Source of the DNA: Raillietiella orientalis
Lineage: Eukaryota
Reading direction: 5' to 3'
DNA: 64,000 nucleotides
Assembly (NCBI GenBank): GCA_036172245.1
Contig: JAYWIR010000052.1
Coordinates: 124,001 to 188,000 of the forward strand
Shown: one piece after another, positions 1 to 12,004 of the stretch
How positions within the stretch are numbered: the stretch's first letter is position 1
How the letters are laid out: the number at the start of each line of letters is the position of its first letter
Program-made: the position numbers and the translations under genes
The notes under the pieces: model-generated
Seen by the model: only the letters and a program-made list of their open reading frames with translations
Database searches by the model: none
What the model was told of the DNA's origin: nothing

Positions 1-1175
1 TGCGCGTCTCCTCGAAACCGTGAAATGGTGTGCATTTTTTTTTTTTTTTTTCGTTCCCTCTCCTCCTCCTCTTTTTTTTTTTTCTTTCCTCTCTCCCTTC
101 CTTCCCCCCCCCCCCTGAAGAATATGTAATACGATGTGGGGTGCCTTAAGGCATGAGCGATAGTTTCTATGCAGGTGGAAAACGACGACGTTCAGTAAAT
201 CTGTCGTAGATTAGTATGCTTATGTCATATCCCGTAAGGATTGAGATATACATCTAAAACATTTACTTTGCATTGCTGGAAATGTTTTTCGTGAATCCGT
301 AATGTGTTGGGGCCGTAGCAGGAACGTGTGTGTGTGTGTGTGTGTATATGTGTGGAATGGAGGAGGGAATTTTTTTTTTTTTTTTTTCCTTTTCCTTTTT
401 CCTCTGGCCGAGATGTTGCAGTGAAACTTGGGGAAACGGATTGTACACTGGTAATACGGCCCCAGCATTGTTCCTCCCTTTGCCCCTGTTTGGTATGTAC
501 GTAATTTTTGCTTACAGTTTCGTAGAATAATGTGGGGGAGGAAAAAGAAAAAGAGGGGGAAAAAAAAAAAAAAAAAATCGATAGATTGCATTGCTTATCA
601 AACCGTGTTTAAAAATTTGATTTCGAAAATGTTCGGCAACCTTGGCATCGGTTTTTGCTAACAAAAAAACATTAGTTTGGGATGCCTGTAAACATTGAGT
701 AGCTCTTGCATGCAACCGTATTGAAAATGTTTTTTTTCCACTCTTTTATGTTGTGTACATGCAGGTGGCATTTTCACAGAGTGAACAGAAACGTACAGCT
801 TCCATGAAGAAAGGGTATGAGATTGTATATTATTTTTTCCTCCTGTGGGTGTGCACATTTTCTGAAATACTCACTGTAAGACAAAATAACGCAATTATTC
901 AAATACCAAGTGCGGAGAATAGAATAAAATATACTGTGGCCTTTTTTTTTTTCTTTTTTTTGAAAAAAAAAAACATCCAGTGAGTATGATTGTTTGAAAA
1001 GTAATAGGAGAAAAATATTTAAAGTGCCTGTTATTCCTGTGTGCATCAATTTTTTCCCAAAGTGATTCGTTATTTTGGACATCATACGCCGTTTGCAAGT
1101 CAATCAAGTTTGCAATTCCCCTGTTTATTTTTGTTTTCTTTTTTTGTATCTTTGTGCGTATTTCTGTAAGCTGCT

Positions 1176-1454
1176 ATGGATTCTGAATTAGTAAGAAATG
1201 CACATATCTTTGTCAACAAAGTCGATTCATTTGTTGTAAAGGCACCTGTTTTGCCATCACTTCCATCTGATCTCAAATTCATACTAGGCTTTGTCACCTC
1301 TTTTGCAGTGTATTTGTGTTTGCATAGACATTATTTCCAAAAAGACCTTTCCACTAAAACTGCATTTCATTTACTGTTGCATGATGCTTGGCACTATGTT
1401 TTGTTATTTACTATCTTGTCAGCTTTGCTGATGGTTGTTTTAGTGCTATGGTGA
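1176..1454 (+). CDS. Candidate small membrane protein (92 aa, two hydrophobic segments), unrecognised; may be a uORF of taiman or a separate gene
   Basis: ATG-to-TGA ORF in AT-rich DNA. Hydrophobic stretches FILGFVTSFAVYLCL and WHYVLLFTILSALLMVVLVLW. A plausible upstream intron (GTAAGA at 876 to CAG at 980) would place it in a spliced exon. Confidence 0.4.
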   Translation: MDSELVRNAHIFVNKVDSFVVKAPVLPSLPSDLKFILGFVTSFAVYLCLHRHYFQKDLSTKTAFHLLLHDAWHYVLLFTILSALLMVVLVLW

Positions 1455-3016
1455 TTGTGTTGTGATTTTCTCTGATTTTCATGTGCCCCATTTTAGTGGA
1501 TGAAAAACTTTGGTGATCTTACGGAGCCATTTTGTAATTAATTTCCAAATGAAAATATATCCTGCTGCAAGTTTGCACAAAAATCTCAAAATATTTTAGA
1601 AGGTGCTGCTTGTGCTCGTATTCCAAACTGTTATATTGATGCTCAGAGGCTTGTTAGTTGCTTGTATGCACCACATGAATCATGTACTTTTTCGTGTTTT
1701 TCTCAATATAGGTGGTAAAATTACGTTTAATAAGTAGCTGGTCTTTTATACAGTTTGGCATAAAGCTGAGCATCAACTGTTTGTAGTGAATGCATGTGTG
1801 TGTGTGTGTGTGATAACAACTGTAGTCACTCTTAAATACTAGTATAGTGTCATTGCTGGTGATTGATGGATCAGAAAGAATATCTTGAGAAAAAAAAGCA
1901 TTCTTTGTAGCAGAAATGGAGTGGAAACAGATTCAGTCATGTCAAAACATGTGAATTTAAATAAATTTGAAAACTGAATGTAAAGCTTTAAAATGTATTT
2001 CAAAATTTACGAGTATTTTAAAATGCAGTATTAGGCATTGAAAAAGCAATGGTAGATAAGTGAAAAGTAACTTTGTACACACATGTAAAGAGATTGTGTT
2101 TGGTGAAATGTTGGAAGCAGTTTATTAAACCTGATTCCACTGTTGACAAATTCTTCCAGTTTTTATGTGTGTGCATGAATAGCACTATAGTAGCTGCATG
2201 CAGAAATATGTGTTAAAGGGAAAACCTTTGGTGGGAGAAACCTGTGAGGGTACTGACATTTTGGTCATGATGGTAAATTTGGAAAACATATTCTGTGCAT
2301 ACATTGAAATCTGCAAGATGTATGATTTGTATCTCCCTGCATAGAAATGGCATTAGTAGTTTAATGTTGTGTAAATGTTCCCGGATAAGAGTACAATCCC
2401 CCCCCCCCCCCCACAGTGCTATGTAAATAAAAAGGTGCAAGTTTGCATAAACATGTGGTGAGATTTAGATTCAGAAATATGTGACAGTTTTTATTATTCA
2501 TTAATTCATAATGTCCATCAGTTGTGGTGATGTTGCATTATGTGGTACACATTTCCCAGATTTTTTCATGGTAACTTCTTAGTGGCATTTGAATATGTAC
2601 ATGTGTTTATATACACATGAATAAAGTTGTTTTTCTTTCATGTGTGTAAAGGAAGCATTCGAGAAGATAGTTCATGTGACAGAAGCATTCAGTTGTTCCT
2701 GACTGGTTGCTTGGGAAAAAATGCTTCAGTACGTTCGCACCCGGGATCATTTTCGAAAATTGCTTTTTCTATGAATTTTTTTTTTTTTCCAGAAAATTAA
2801 GTGTTGGTTTGGTTCTGTTTGTAATTTTTATTTCTTCTGACTAGGAAGACAGTGAAATAGTTGTGTTGATAGCACAACAAGGTAACAATAGTACAGCATT
2901 TGTGCCTTCGAAATCACATCAGAAGAAGAGTATGGTTATCTCATTTCTGGTCATGGTAGTGTTACGATGTGTACGAATGGATTAGAACATTTCGTTTCCT
3001 TAGAACACTCATAGGA

Positions 3017-6000
3017 ATGAGTGTAACAAACAGTGCACCAGTAGTTGAGCGCAAAAGAAGAAACTCCGACCTAAAGCCCCAATCTCAGCTGTAAGTGGTG
3101 AGAAATTCTGCTGAACACATTACTGTGAGTGAGAAAGAAATTTTTAAAAGCAGAGTTTTCAGGCTGCCACTTTGAGAGCTACGGATGTTTTCTTTTATCA
3201 GCGGTTAATGGTTAGTTTGTACGATAACACTTTCCTATATAATAAAATGGATAATAAAGTGAAAGAGATATACGATTGTCTGATGTGTGATCTCATGGAT
3301 TTTTTTTTTCTCTTGTATTTGGCTCCAGGAGTAAGTGTGAAAACGAGAAACGGCGTCGGGAACAGGAGAGTCATCACTTTGAGGAGCTGGTCGAGCTTCT
3401 GTATACTAGTTTTCTGAAGGATATGACAGCTGTGAAATTGCACAAATGTGCTATATTAGAAGAAACAGTAAATCAAGTGAGTTATTTTTTATGGTCGAAT
3501 ATTTCTGACCTATATGTGTTCGTGCGTGCTTTTATAGCAGTAATATTTCGATTTTCTCCGTCCTGCGTACATCTTCAGATATGCACAGCATCCACATACT
3601 TGGGTTTCAAGGTTTAGGTCTGAGAGTTGCATTTCGAAACTTCTCCGTAAGCTCCCGTGTTTGGCTCGAGGAGTTTACAGCGCCTTTTCTTTCCTTTTTC
3701 TTTTTTTTCCTCTTCTTTTCCTTGTTTCCAGTGTTTGGTTTGTTATTGTTCATTAGTAAGTTTGCTCGTTAACAAGGCGTTTATTTGTGTACATGATAGC
3801 TGGCTCCAGTGATAGGTATGGGTAGATTGAATCATTACCCAACTGTAGGAGCTACGCTGCTGGCTTCGAATGTAAGTCAAGGTCTTTATGACGTACAAAT
3901 CCCGTCGATTAATAATTGGCTGCAGGTGAAATCCCAAGAACTTCTTTTAATTTGATACATTTCGTGACACGTACCGTTTAAGTAAGTAATTAATTGAAAG
4001 AGAGAGAAAGATCGGTTATCTTAAGGCCAGGAGCCTCTCAAACTGTTTTACGTTGGTGTGCGTAAAGGGGACGGATTTCAAGTTGCTTAAGGTCATGCTG
4101 TAAAGCCTGTAGTCAATGCCTGAAGGTCTGAAATCCCGGTTTATCATTTGCGTTTAAAGAGAGGGGTAGGCCGACGTATCTCAAGGGCGAGAGCCACAGA
4201 ATCATAATTCGTACAGCGATTGTAAACTATTGTATGACCTACCCAAACGAGAAGTTTGTTTATGTTAGGTGATAGTGGATGTCGCCGAGCAGGAGGGAGC
4301 GCGTTCCCATCTCGAAGCATTCGTAGCATCGTCGGTAGTGTATGGAAATGGGATGGGGGGGGGGGAGGGAGGGAGGGTTACAGGGTGAAAAAAAGGGTTC
4401 CTGACTCAACGAGACTTTCAGGATTGTCGTAGGCAACGTGCTTCGAGAGTCACGTATCGGATTTTCCTCTTAACCCTTCGGAGCCCTTTCCAGCCGAGGT
4501 GAAGTCCGTTTCGAAATGCGAAAACTTTTGCCGATGTTTCTGATTTTTGATTAGATAAGATTCCTGGCATCCTGCAAAGATGCTAATAACAAGTATTGTT
4601 CAACAAACTAGATTCGCCGCATTCAGCAAGCTAGTCACTCTGAAGATAATTCCAAAGGAAAAACCGAGGCCTGTACGAGTCAGACGTCCGAAGATGTACA
4701 GCAAAGTGACATTTCCTCTTCTAGACCAAGCATTTTAGCAAATGAAGTTTTAGCGAGACTTGTTGTTGAAGTATGGTGATGATGCAAAAAAATATATCAA
4801 AAAAAAAAACGTTGCATTGCTTCCAGGCATTAGGAGTTTTTTTCTTTTTGATTAATTCAGATGGTAAAATTGAATATGTTTCTGACAACGTATTTCAATT
4901 TCTCAACTACAATACCGAAAACCTAATTGGAAGCTCGATATATCAAATAATTCATGTAGACGATCATGGGAGCTTTTCCTCATTGTTATTTCCCATGTGT
5001 TTAGGTAAGGGACAGTAATTTCCCCATTGTGCTTTAAGTTTGTTTAAATTGGCGTTTATTTTATTTCATTCCCCCCCCCCTTTCCAGGTCATCCCTATGA
5101 TAAGCAATTTAAGAATAAAACATTTACCTGCCGTTTGCTGACCAAATCTCCATCTGAGGAGGCGCATACCATGGAAAAATATGAAACGATGCAGGCAAGT
5201 GTAAATGTAATGGAAGCATAATAGACCTAAGCACCTGGATTAGATATCAGCCATACATCTTCCTGATGGAGATTCTGTATCAGGAGACTCTGGAATAGAA
5301 AACCATAATTATCTGCTGTGTGTTGCCAAACGAATGCTTCCAGCTTCCAAAATAGAAGTAGGCATTCCTTACGTTCTCCTTGGTTTAACTGTTTTGTTTC
5401 AGCTCACATCAGTAGAGCAGTTTACTACACGTCTTGATCTAACTGGAAAAATAATTAATATAGATACAAGTGGCCTTTCTTCTACGTATTCCCAATCGTT
5501 GAATAAGGTAGTGCCTAGTCAGAAAATGTTTTGATTTTTCATTATTTCTTAGGATTTGATTGGTTGCATGCTACAAGAGTTGAGTCATCCTAATGATGTA
5601 CCCAAACTCACACACTGCCTCCAAGAGTGCATTCAGAAAGGCATTAGCACATCCAGCATTTGTCATCTGCGCGTCCCAAATCCCAACCATTATATCTGTG
5701 TGCAGACCAAGTTCAAGCTTTTCACTCCAGGTTTGGGTATCCATGAGCAAGATTTCATCATGGCTATCCACTCAATTGTTATGTAAGTGGCTCAGGGGTG
5801 TATTGTGGTCCATTGTGTCGTCTCGTTGGTTCCAGGAACACGGATCTGGAGCAGGCAGAGTCACCGATGGTTGTTTTGAAAAGGGAGCGAGGTTCAAAAG
5901 TAATGACAGATGAAGATTCTGCAGTGTTACCGAGCATCAGTACGGTGGGGGTAGATAATCGAGAATTCGTACCCTCCCATGAAGATACAATTTCCCAACA

Positions 6001-7657
6001 CATAGGACATGTGAATTCTTTTCCTACGTTTACTTTAAATCCTGTGGGTGATTTAATTGATTTATTCCCTTCATCTTCTTGGGAGTTGACTCCGACTGAG
6101 GGTGTTGTAGATGATAATCGAGGTGAAGTGGGTTCACGACAGACAGATGCTCTGCTGTCCCAGACATCCAGTTGGAACAATAGTTCGTGTATAGGGTCCT
6201 CAGTGTATCCCTCATCCCGTGCTTCTACTCCTAGCAGTGCAACACTAATGAGCGTATCTCGTCCGAGTTCCGAACAGCCAGTTTCTCACCCCCCCAATAT
6301 CACAACATACAGTCCATCATCCACCCCCATTTCCCACATCAGTCCGAATCCAAGGACTGTGCTTAGCCAACCCAGCCCAACAAATGTAAACTTGAATAAT
6401 TCATTTGGTTGTACTTTCTCCTTTAACCCTTACAGTGATAATGCCAACTTGCATTCAGACCAAGTGGCAGAACAGTTTGCAGCATCACAGTTTGCTGAAA
6501 CTGATTCAGTGTTCATGGATGAGTCTTCTCTAAGAGGTGTCAGTGCATCAGATAGGTTGCGTAATTTGTTAATGACCTCCAAGAGGATAGACAGTAATTA
6601 TGCAAATGAAGAAAATTCCGAAGATAATAAAAATCACATACTGAAAGTTTTACTAAGCCCAGATGAGAACCAGTCCACCAAGAATCCAAGATCGGATGCT
6701 TTGCTTGTAGATAAAGCAAACGGGAACAACATGCTGTTATCGGTAGTATATGACTTTTTTGGGAAGGAATGTAAAATTTTTCAATCGATTGCTTTCAGCT
6801 TCTGAATAAAAAAAATGATGATGATGATTTAGAAACAAAAGCAGGCTTTAAGAAAGGCAATGAGTTGCTGCAACAGTTATTAAAAGATCGGGACGAGGCT
6901 ATAAAGGAGGAGGTATGTGATTTGGTAATGTCTTTGGTAGCATGAGTCACCTTTAGCAGAATCTTGGAGAAAATATGCAAACTTACTCGTTTGACGGTAT
7001 GTCACTGGACCACAACACCTTGACATCCCTGAAAAGAATCCAAGATGTCCATAAAGAAAGGTGATTTCAATGTTGATTGGACGTCTCACTACTAATGCAA
7101 TGTATGTTTAGTGATGAGTTTAGCCAACCCCCATCCAAGAGGCCAATGAGTAGCTCACCGTCATCTCAAGTGCAAACTGTTACAAAGTCAGCTGTCCCCA
7201 CCACTACTCATTCTGGAACTGGAAGTAAACTGTGGCAAAAAAATAAAATGCTGGCAACTTTACTTTCTCGACAGCCGATTCAGCCATCCTCGATTCCCAT
7301 ACAAATTCCAAATCCGAAAATTGTGTCACAGGTAGGAAATGTTGCGCTCCCCTTGGGGTTGCTTTCATGGTGGCCTTTTAAGATTCCCCAAGAAAAACTT
7401 CCCAAGGATCTTAACAAAAAGATCATGACGTCTACAAATCCGTGGCAGAACAGAGGGATTGTGCATGAACAGATGAATGCTGCAAGTGCCCAGTAAGTGC
7501 TAGAAAGCAGTGATAACTTCTTCATTGTTGTATTTCAAGGCAACAGTTGGGGAAGAGTGGTGGTGGTAGTGTATCTACAGTGCCACATCTTTCCTCTTCC
7601 CATCAGCAGCAGCAGCAGCAGCAGCAACAACAACAACAACAACAACAACAGCAGCAG

Positions 7658-7704
<47 letters not shown>

Positions 7705-8425
7705 GCGGCCTCAGCAGCAATCGAATAAAGGATTTCTCAATGCATTGCTGAATCAGCCAATCACGCAAGAAGTGCGCAACAATCCTAATTTTCGCACTTT
7801 GAACCAAACCCTGAGTTCCCTAGGAAGTGAGCAAACAAACAGCAATGTGAATGGTATTATGAGTAGTTTGCAACAAGTGAATAACGTGAATGTTAATGTG
7901 AATTTGAACTTGAACTTGTCCCAAGCCCAGAACCAGGCCCACCAAGTTACTTTAAATGAATTTCTAGCTGGTGGCCCATTACTAACTACAGACCATGAAC
8001 CCCCTGCTTGTGATCCCTTGTTATCTGATATTTTGGATGAGGTGCTTGAGATAGCACCTGCACAGTCCACACTTCCAGATAATCAGTTCATCTTGAAGCA
8101 CTTCTTTGACGATGTGATAGCAGATGCCCCAAACGTTCAGACCGACGTTAATGAAAAACTGGTCATTACAGCTATCCAAAAATCTTTGGAATCTTGTGAA
8201 AGCACAACCCCATTGCATGTTAGTAGAGATGCTGATTATGGACTTTCATCCACACCACCTGTCACAAATTACAATTTACATGCTCCTCCCATGTATGCAC
8301 AACAGCATGTAACTAACCATCAAGCCAAGGCAGCTCTGCAAGCATCTTTTAAAGCCACAGGCCAGCTGCTCCGACTTGAGAGAAATAAAAAACTCCAAAA
8401 CCAGCTTTTGCTCCAGCAGCAACAA

Positions 8426-8457
<32 letters not shown>

Positions 8458-9432
8458 AAAGTCACAATCCCAGTTATATGTCCCCACCAGCGAGTCCTGT
8501 CAATCAAATTATCAAAATCTTGACGATCTTTTGGGTAACGGAGTGATTCCTCCCAATGTTACCTTGGACAGATCAGTGAACCTTTCTGAGCAGCAACTTT
8601 CCCCGTCATATTCCAACAGTGCTTCAGGAGTTCCACAGCAGCCATTTGCATCTCATTCTCAGATGCAGCAGCAAGTTTTCACATTAAGGTAGGCATGCAA
8701 CCTTAACAAGAATGGAAATACTTTCGGATAGTGCTTTACAGCAACCTAGAGTATCTCAGATTGGTAGCATTAGTCAGCCCACATGGACCAACTCTCCAGC
8801 TTCCATGAAAGCGTCTTTATTGCATCAGAATCCCATGCTGAACGCCCAGCTCTCAGTAATGTGGCAAAAGTTATTTCGCATTCCTGTTTTGTTCTCTCTC
8901 CCCCTCTCTTTTTCCAGTCGTCATTTCGAGCAAACCAGTTCAGTCCCAGGTCTGCTGTTCCAGCGGGTGGCAAAGTTTCCAGCTCATCTCCTACACAATT
9001 AGGGTAAGACACTTGCCTTTTTAACGCGGGCAGTTTCCATGCACACATAGCACGGACCGAAGTGCTCCCTTCCCCATGTCCGTCTACCAAAACCAGTCAG
9101 TTCGCATGCAACGTGTAGTCAGTTCCCCCTCCCAAGGAGTCACCGTCTCTGCGCCCATGAAATCTGAACTAGTGCGGCACGAGTTGCGTGCCCACGTCGG
9201 TGCCAGAACGCAGCAGCAGCAGACTGTTTCTGGGCCCTACGGAACAAGATCGATAGCAGGCTCTTCCCCCATGGTTCTGTCATCCAGTGGTCAAACTTTA
9301 TCCCTCGCAGAACTAGACGAGTTGGGGTTAACGTTCGAATTGCCCATAGCTGATTGCAACCCCCACGTTCCAGAATGTAACGAAACTAGAGATCAAAAGA
9401 AATCCCTTTTACAGCAACTTTTGTCCGAGTAA
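3017..9432 (+). CDS. tai: Taiman / nuclear receptor coactivator (p160/SRC, NCOA1-3 family) bHLH-PAS protein, multi-exon
   Basis: Exons 3017-3090 and 3329-3476 give the bHLH SKCENEKRRREQESHHFEELVELL...KCAILEETVNQ. Exons 4612-4770 and 4827-5004 give PAS-A (ALGVFFFLINSDGKIEYVSDNV). PAS-B follows (EQFTTRLDLTGKII). Multiple LxxLL boxes (LRNLL, LKVLL, LQQLL, LATLL, LNALL, LDDLL), polyQ tracts, C-terminal KSLLQQLLSE*, and AATAAA near 9537. Confidence 0.93.
7604..7705 (+). repeat. CAG/CAA coding repeat (34 Gln) in taiman
   Basis: Direct reading of mixed CAG/CAA codons between CAT (His) and CGG (Arg). Confidence 0.95.
8414..8458 (+). repeat. CAG/CAA coding repeat (15 Gln) in taiman
   Basis: Direct reading. 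Confidence 0.95.
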
Positions 9433-11962
9433 GACATGTTTGTGATAGACTGGTTGTGCATTAACCAAAGGAAATCCAAGTTCCACTAATTATTTATTTT
9501 TGTACAGTGCTTTGCTACCATTTATGAAAAGAAATCAATAAAAATGCAGAGTTAACATTTTTCAGTTGGCAGCTTGCAATCGGTGTTACCTACAAGAACA
9601 GTGTACGAAGTCCGGAAATCCGCTCTGTCGATTGTATGTTCAAGCACTACGTGGAATACTTGCCAATTATGTAATACAGTGCAATTTCAACTTATGGAAT
9701 TTAAAAATTTTGTACTATTAATAAAGTACGTGAAATTTTTGTGGGTGCAGTTGTCACTGGAAGCATTTGTGCGGTGCGGAGCAGATAGGGGGAGGGTCTT
9801 TTGCGCAGCAGCCGGCCGTGGACGCCCACGAAGGCTGCAACGACCGCTGGAAACTTTTCCGTGGGACTTGGGAAAGCGTGGCTGCGCCAGCGAAACCTCA
9901 CGAGCGCTTCTCCTGCGTAGTGGGGAAGCCGTTCTTCGACCCACGGAAAGCCACGGGGATGCGGGATCTCGGGGAGAAGGTCCCCCACCGGCCTCCGGGA
10001 CTCCGACGGCTTCCCCGGCGGGACACTTACATCATCGACTTACGTGCGTGCAGCACGTGGTACGCCGTGAACACCCTAGTCGAGGATGCGGGGAGGGGAG
10101 GGGGGAAGGCGCTGCTGCGTGAAATCGACCCTCCAGACGAAAACCATTCGACACACCTGGGGATTTCCAAACGCCACGTGCGACGCGGGCCCACCTTTTT
10201 TTTTTTCGCACCTGAACCGAGGAAGCGTTCAGTGCGGTTCGAGATTTCGGCATCCGAGGAGGAGCTCGAAAGTTTCCGATCCTGTTCCTGCGAACAGGGC
10301 AGAGGTCAAAGAACCAAGGTTCCTGCTGCTACGCCTCCGGCGGCACCGAAAAGCCCTATCTGGCTTTCAGAGCTCCCCATCCAGCGCAACCCTCCCAAGC
10401 CCTTCGCTCCGCAGCGGATTCCTCGGAGCCAACGAGCTCGGCTTCGCGGGGGGGAGGGGCGAACAGAGCGCCCCCAACCGGACGCAGCCTCACCCCCTCG
10501 CCATCCCTCGCCCCTTCCAACGTCCGCCCGCTCGCCACGCGCCCAATCGCGACCACGCCTCCGAGACGCGCTCATCTTTTCGGCACATCCGCAACTTCGG
10601 AATACGCCTCCCACTCGGAACGGCATTTCGATTTTTGAGATACGACCCGGAGATCACTTCAAAGTGAGCTGCTCTGGCGAATTCCGGCGCCACCGGCAAA
10701 TGGCGGGGGGTCGCGTTGGCGCAGGGCAGCAGCCACCGCCTTGCCGGCCACGAAGCCAACCGCGTTCCGGACGGTGGAACGCGTCTTTGAATGAGAGTGC
10801 TGGAAACTGCTTTTTCGACATTCTGGGCCTTTCATCTTTTGAGCGGCTCGAGATGAAGCAACGTGCAAGGCATCTTCCTGGGGGGGAAAGGGGGGGGGGG
10901 GACGAAACGCACGCACGCACGCACGAGAAGCGAATCGCATTTTCCGAAACGCATCCAGGGTCAAATCACCAGCCTCGGGTGTCACACCGGAAATCTTGGC
11001 GCGCTCCGCACTTTCGCAGTCGAAATTGCTCCGCGGAAAATTCAAAAATCAGTCGAACGCAAACCCAATTGCATTTTGGGATTGCACTCAACGGAAATCA
11101 AGTAATCTTCTAGATGGAGTAACCCCAGATTGCCGGTGGCAGCCGAAGTTCCGAATGAGGGTCACGTTTGGGAAGCGAGGGTCACATGATGGCTCCGTGC
11201 GACTTGGGGAATTTCGTCTTTGGGGAAAGCGTAACGAGGCAACCCAAACTGATGAGCAAATTAACGCTCCGGAGCTAACCGGAACAGATGCACGCAGCCA
11301 GACAGACTTCGAAGGTCCGGCCGGAAAGCTGTGCACTTCCCACGTTCGCCAAGTGCACCCGCTTCATGGGGGGTCACCGAATTTTTTTTTTTTTTTTTCT
11401 TTTGTTTTCGAAATACGAATCGCCGACTTGGAAAGCACGAATTTCCAACACGCGAACAGCGAGGTGGTTCTGTAAGGATTTCCCAGACTGCAGTGCACCT
11501 AAAACCCGCTTGTGAACCGTTCCTTTCTTCTTTCCTAAGGAAAAAAATCGAAACTTTTCCCCGCGAAGGGACGTTTCGTCATTCCTTGTACGAGTCGCGG
11601 TCCTGGAACGCAACGGTTGCACGGTTCCGATCTTCGGCACCCTCGCACTGGCGGCGGTCAGGGAACCGAATCGGAGACTTCTTGGCCACATCCGCAAAGA
11701 AGCCCAATCACCTGACCCCTCGGACTCGATTCTTCGGAAGACGCCCCACGCTCCCACTTTCCAGGACTCGCGAAGCTTCCTGGATAACCGATAAACGGCA
11801 ATACAACCTGCCCTCTTATCCTTCCATTGACAGCACTCCTTGCTGGCCAGGAACCTTTGGCCACAACGCGCTTCATAACCACATCAATGCACTTTCCTTT
11901 CAGCGATGCACCGTCGTGTTCTAAAGTTCTTGCTCAACACGCAAAATAAAATTAAAAACACA

Positions 11963-11970
11963 CGCGCGCG

Positions 11971-12004
<34 letters not shown>
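11963..12004. repeat. Compound (CG)n(CA)n(GA)n microsatellite
   Basis: Direct reading. Confidence 0.85.

Noticed and set aside
7497..7807. Poly-Ser/Asn and poly-Leu ORFs
   Set aside because: Alternative-frame and antisense readings of the taiman CAG/CAA repeat.
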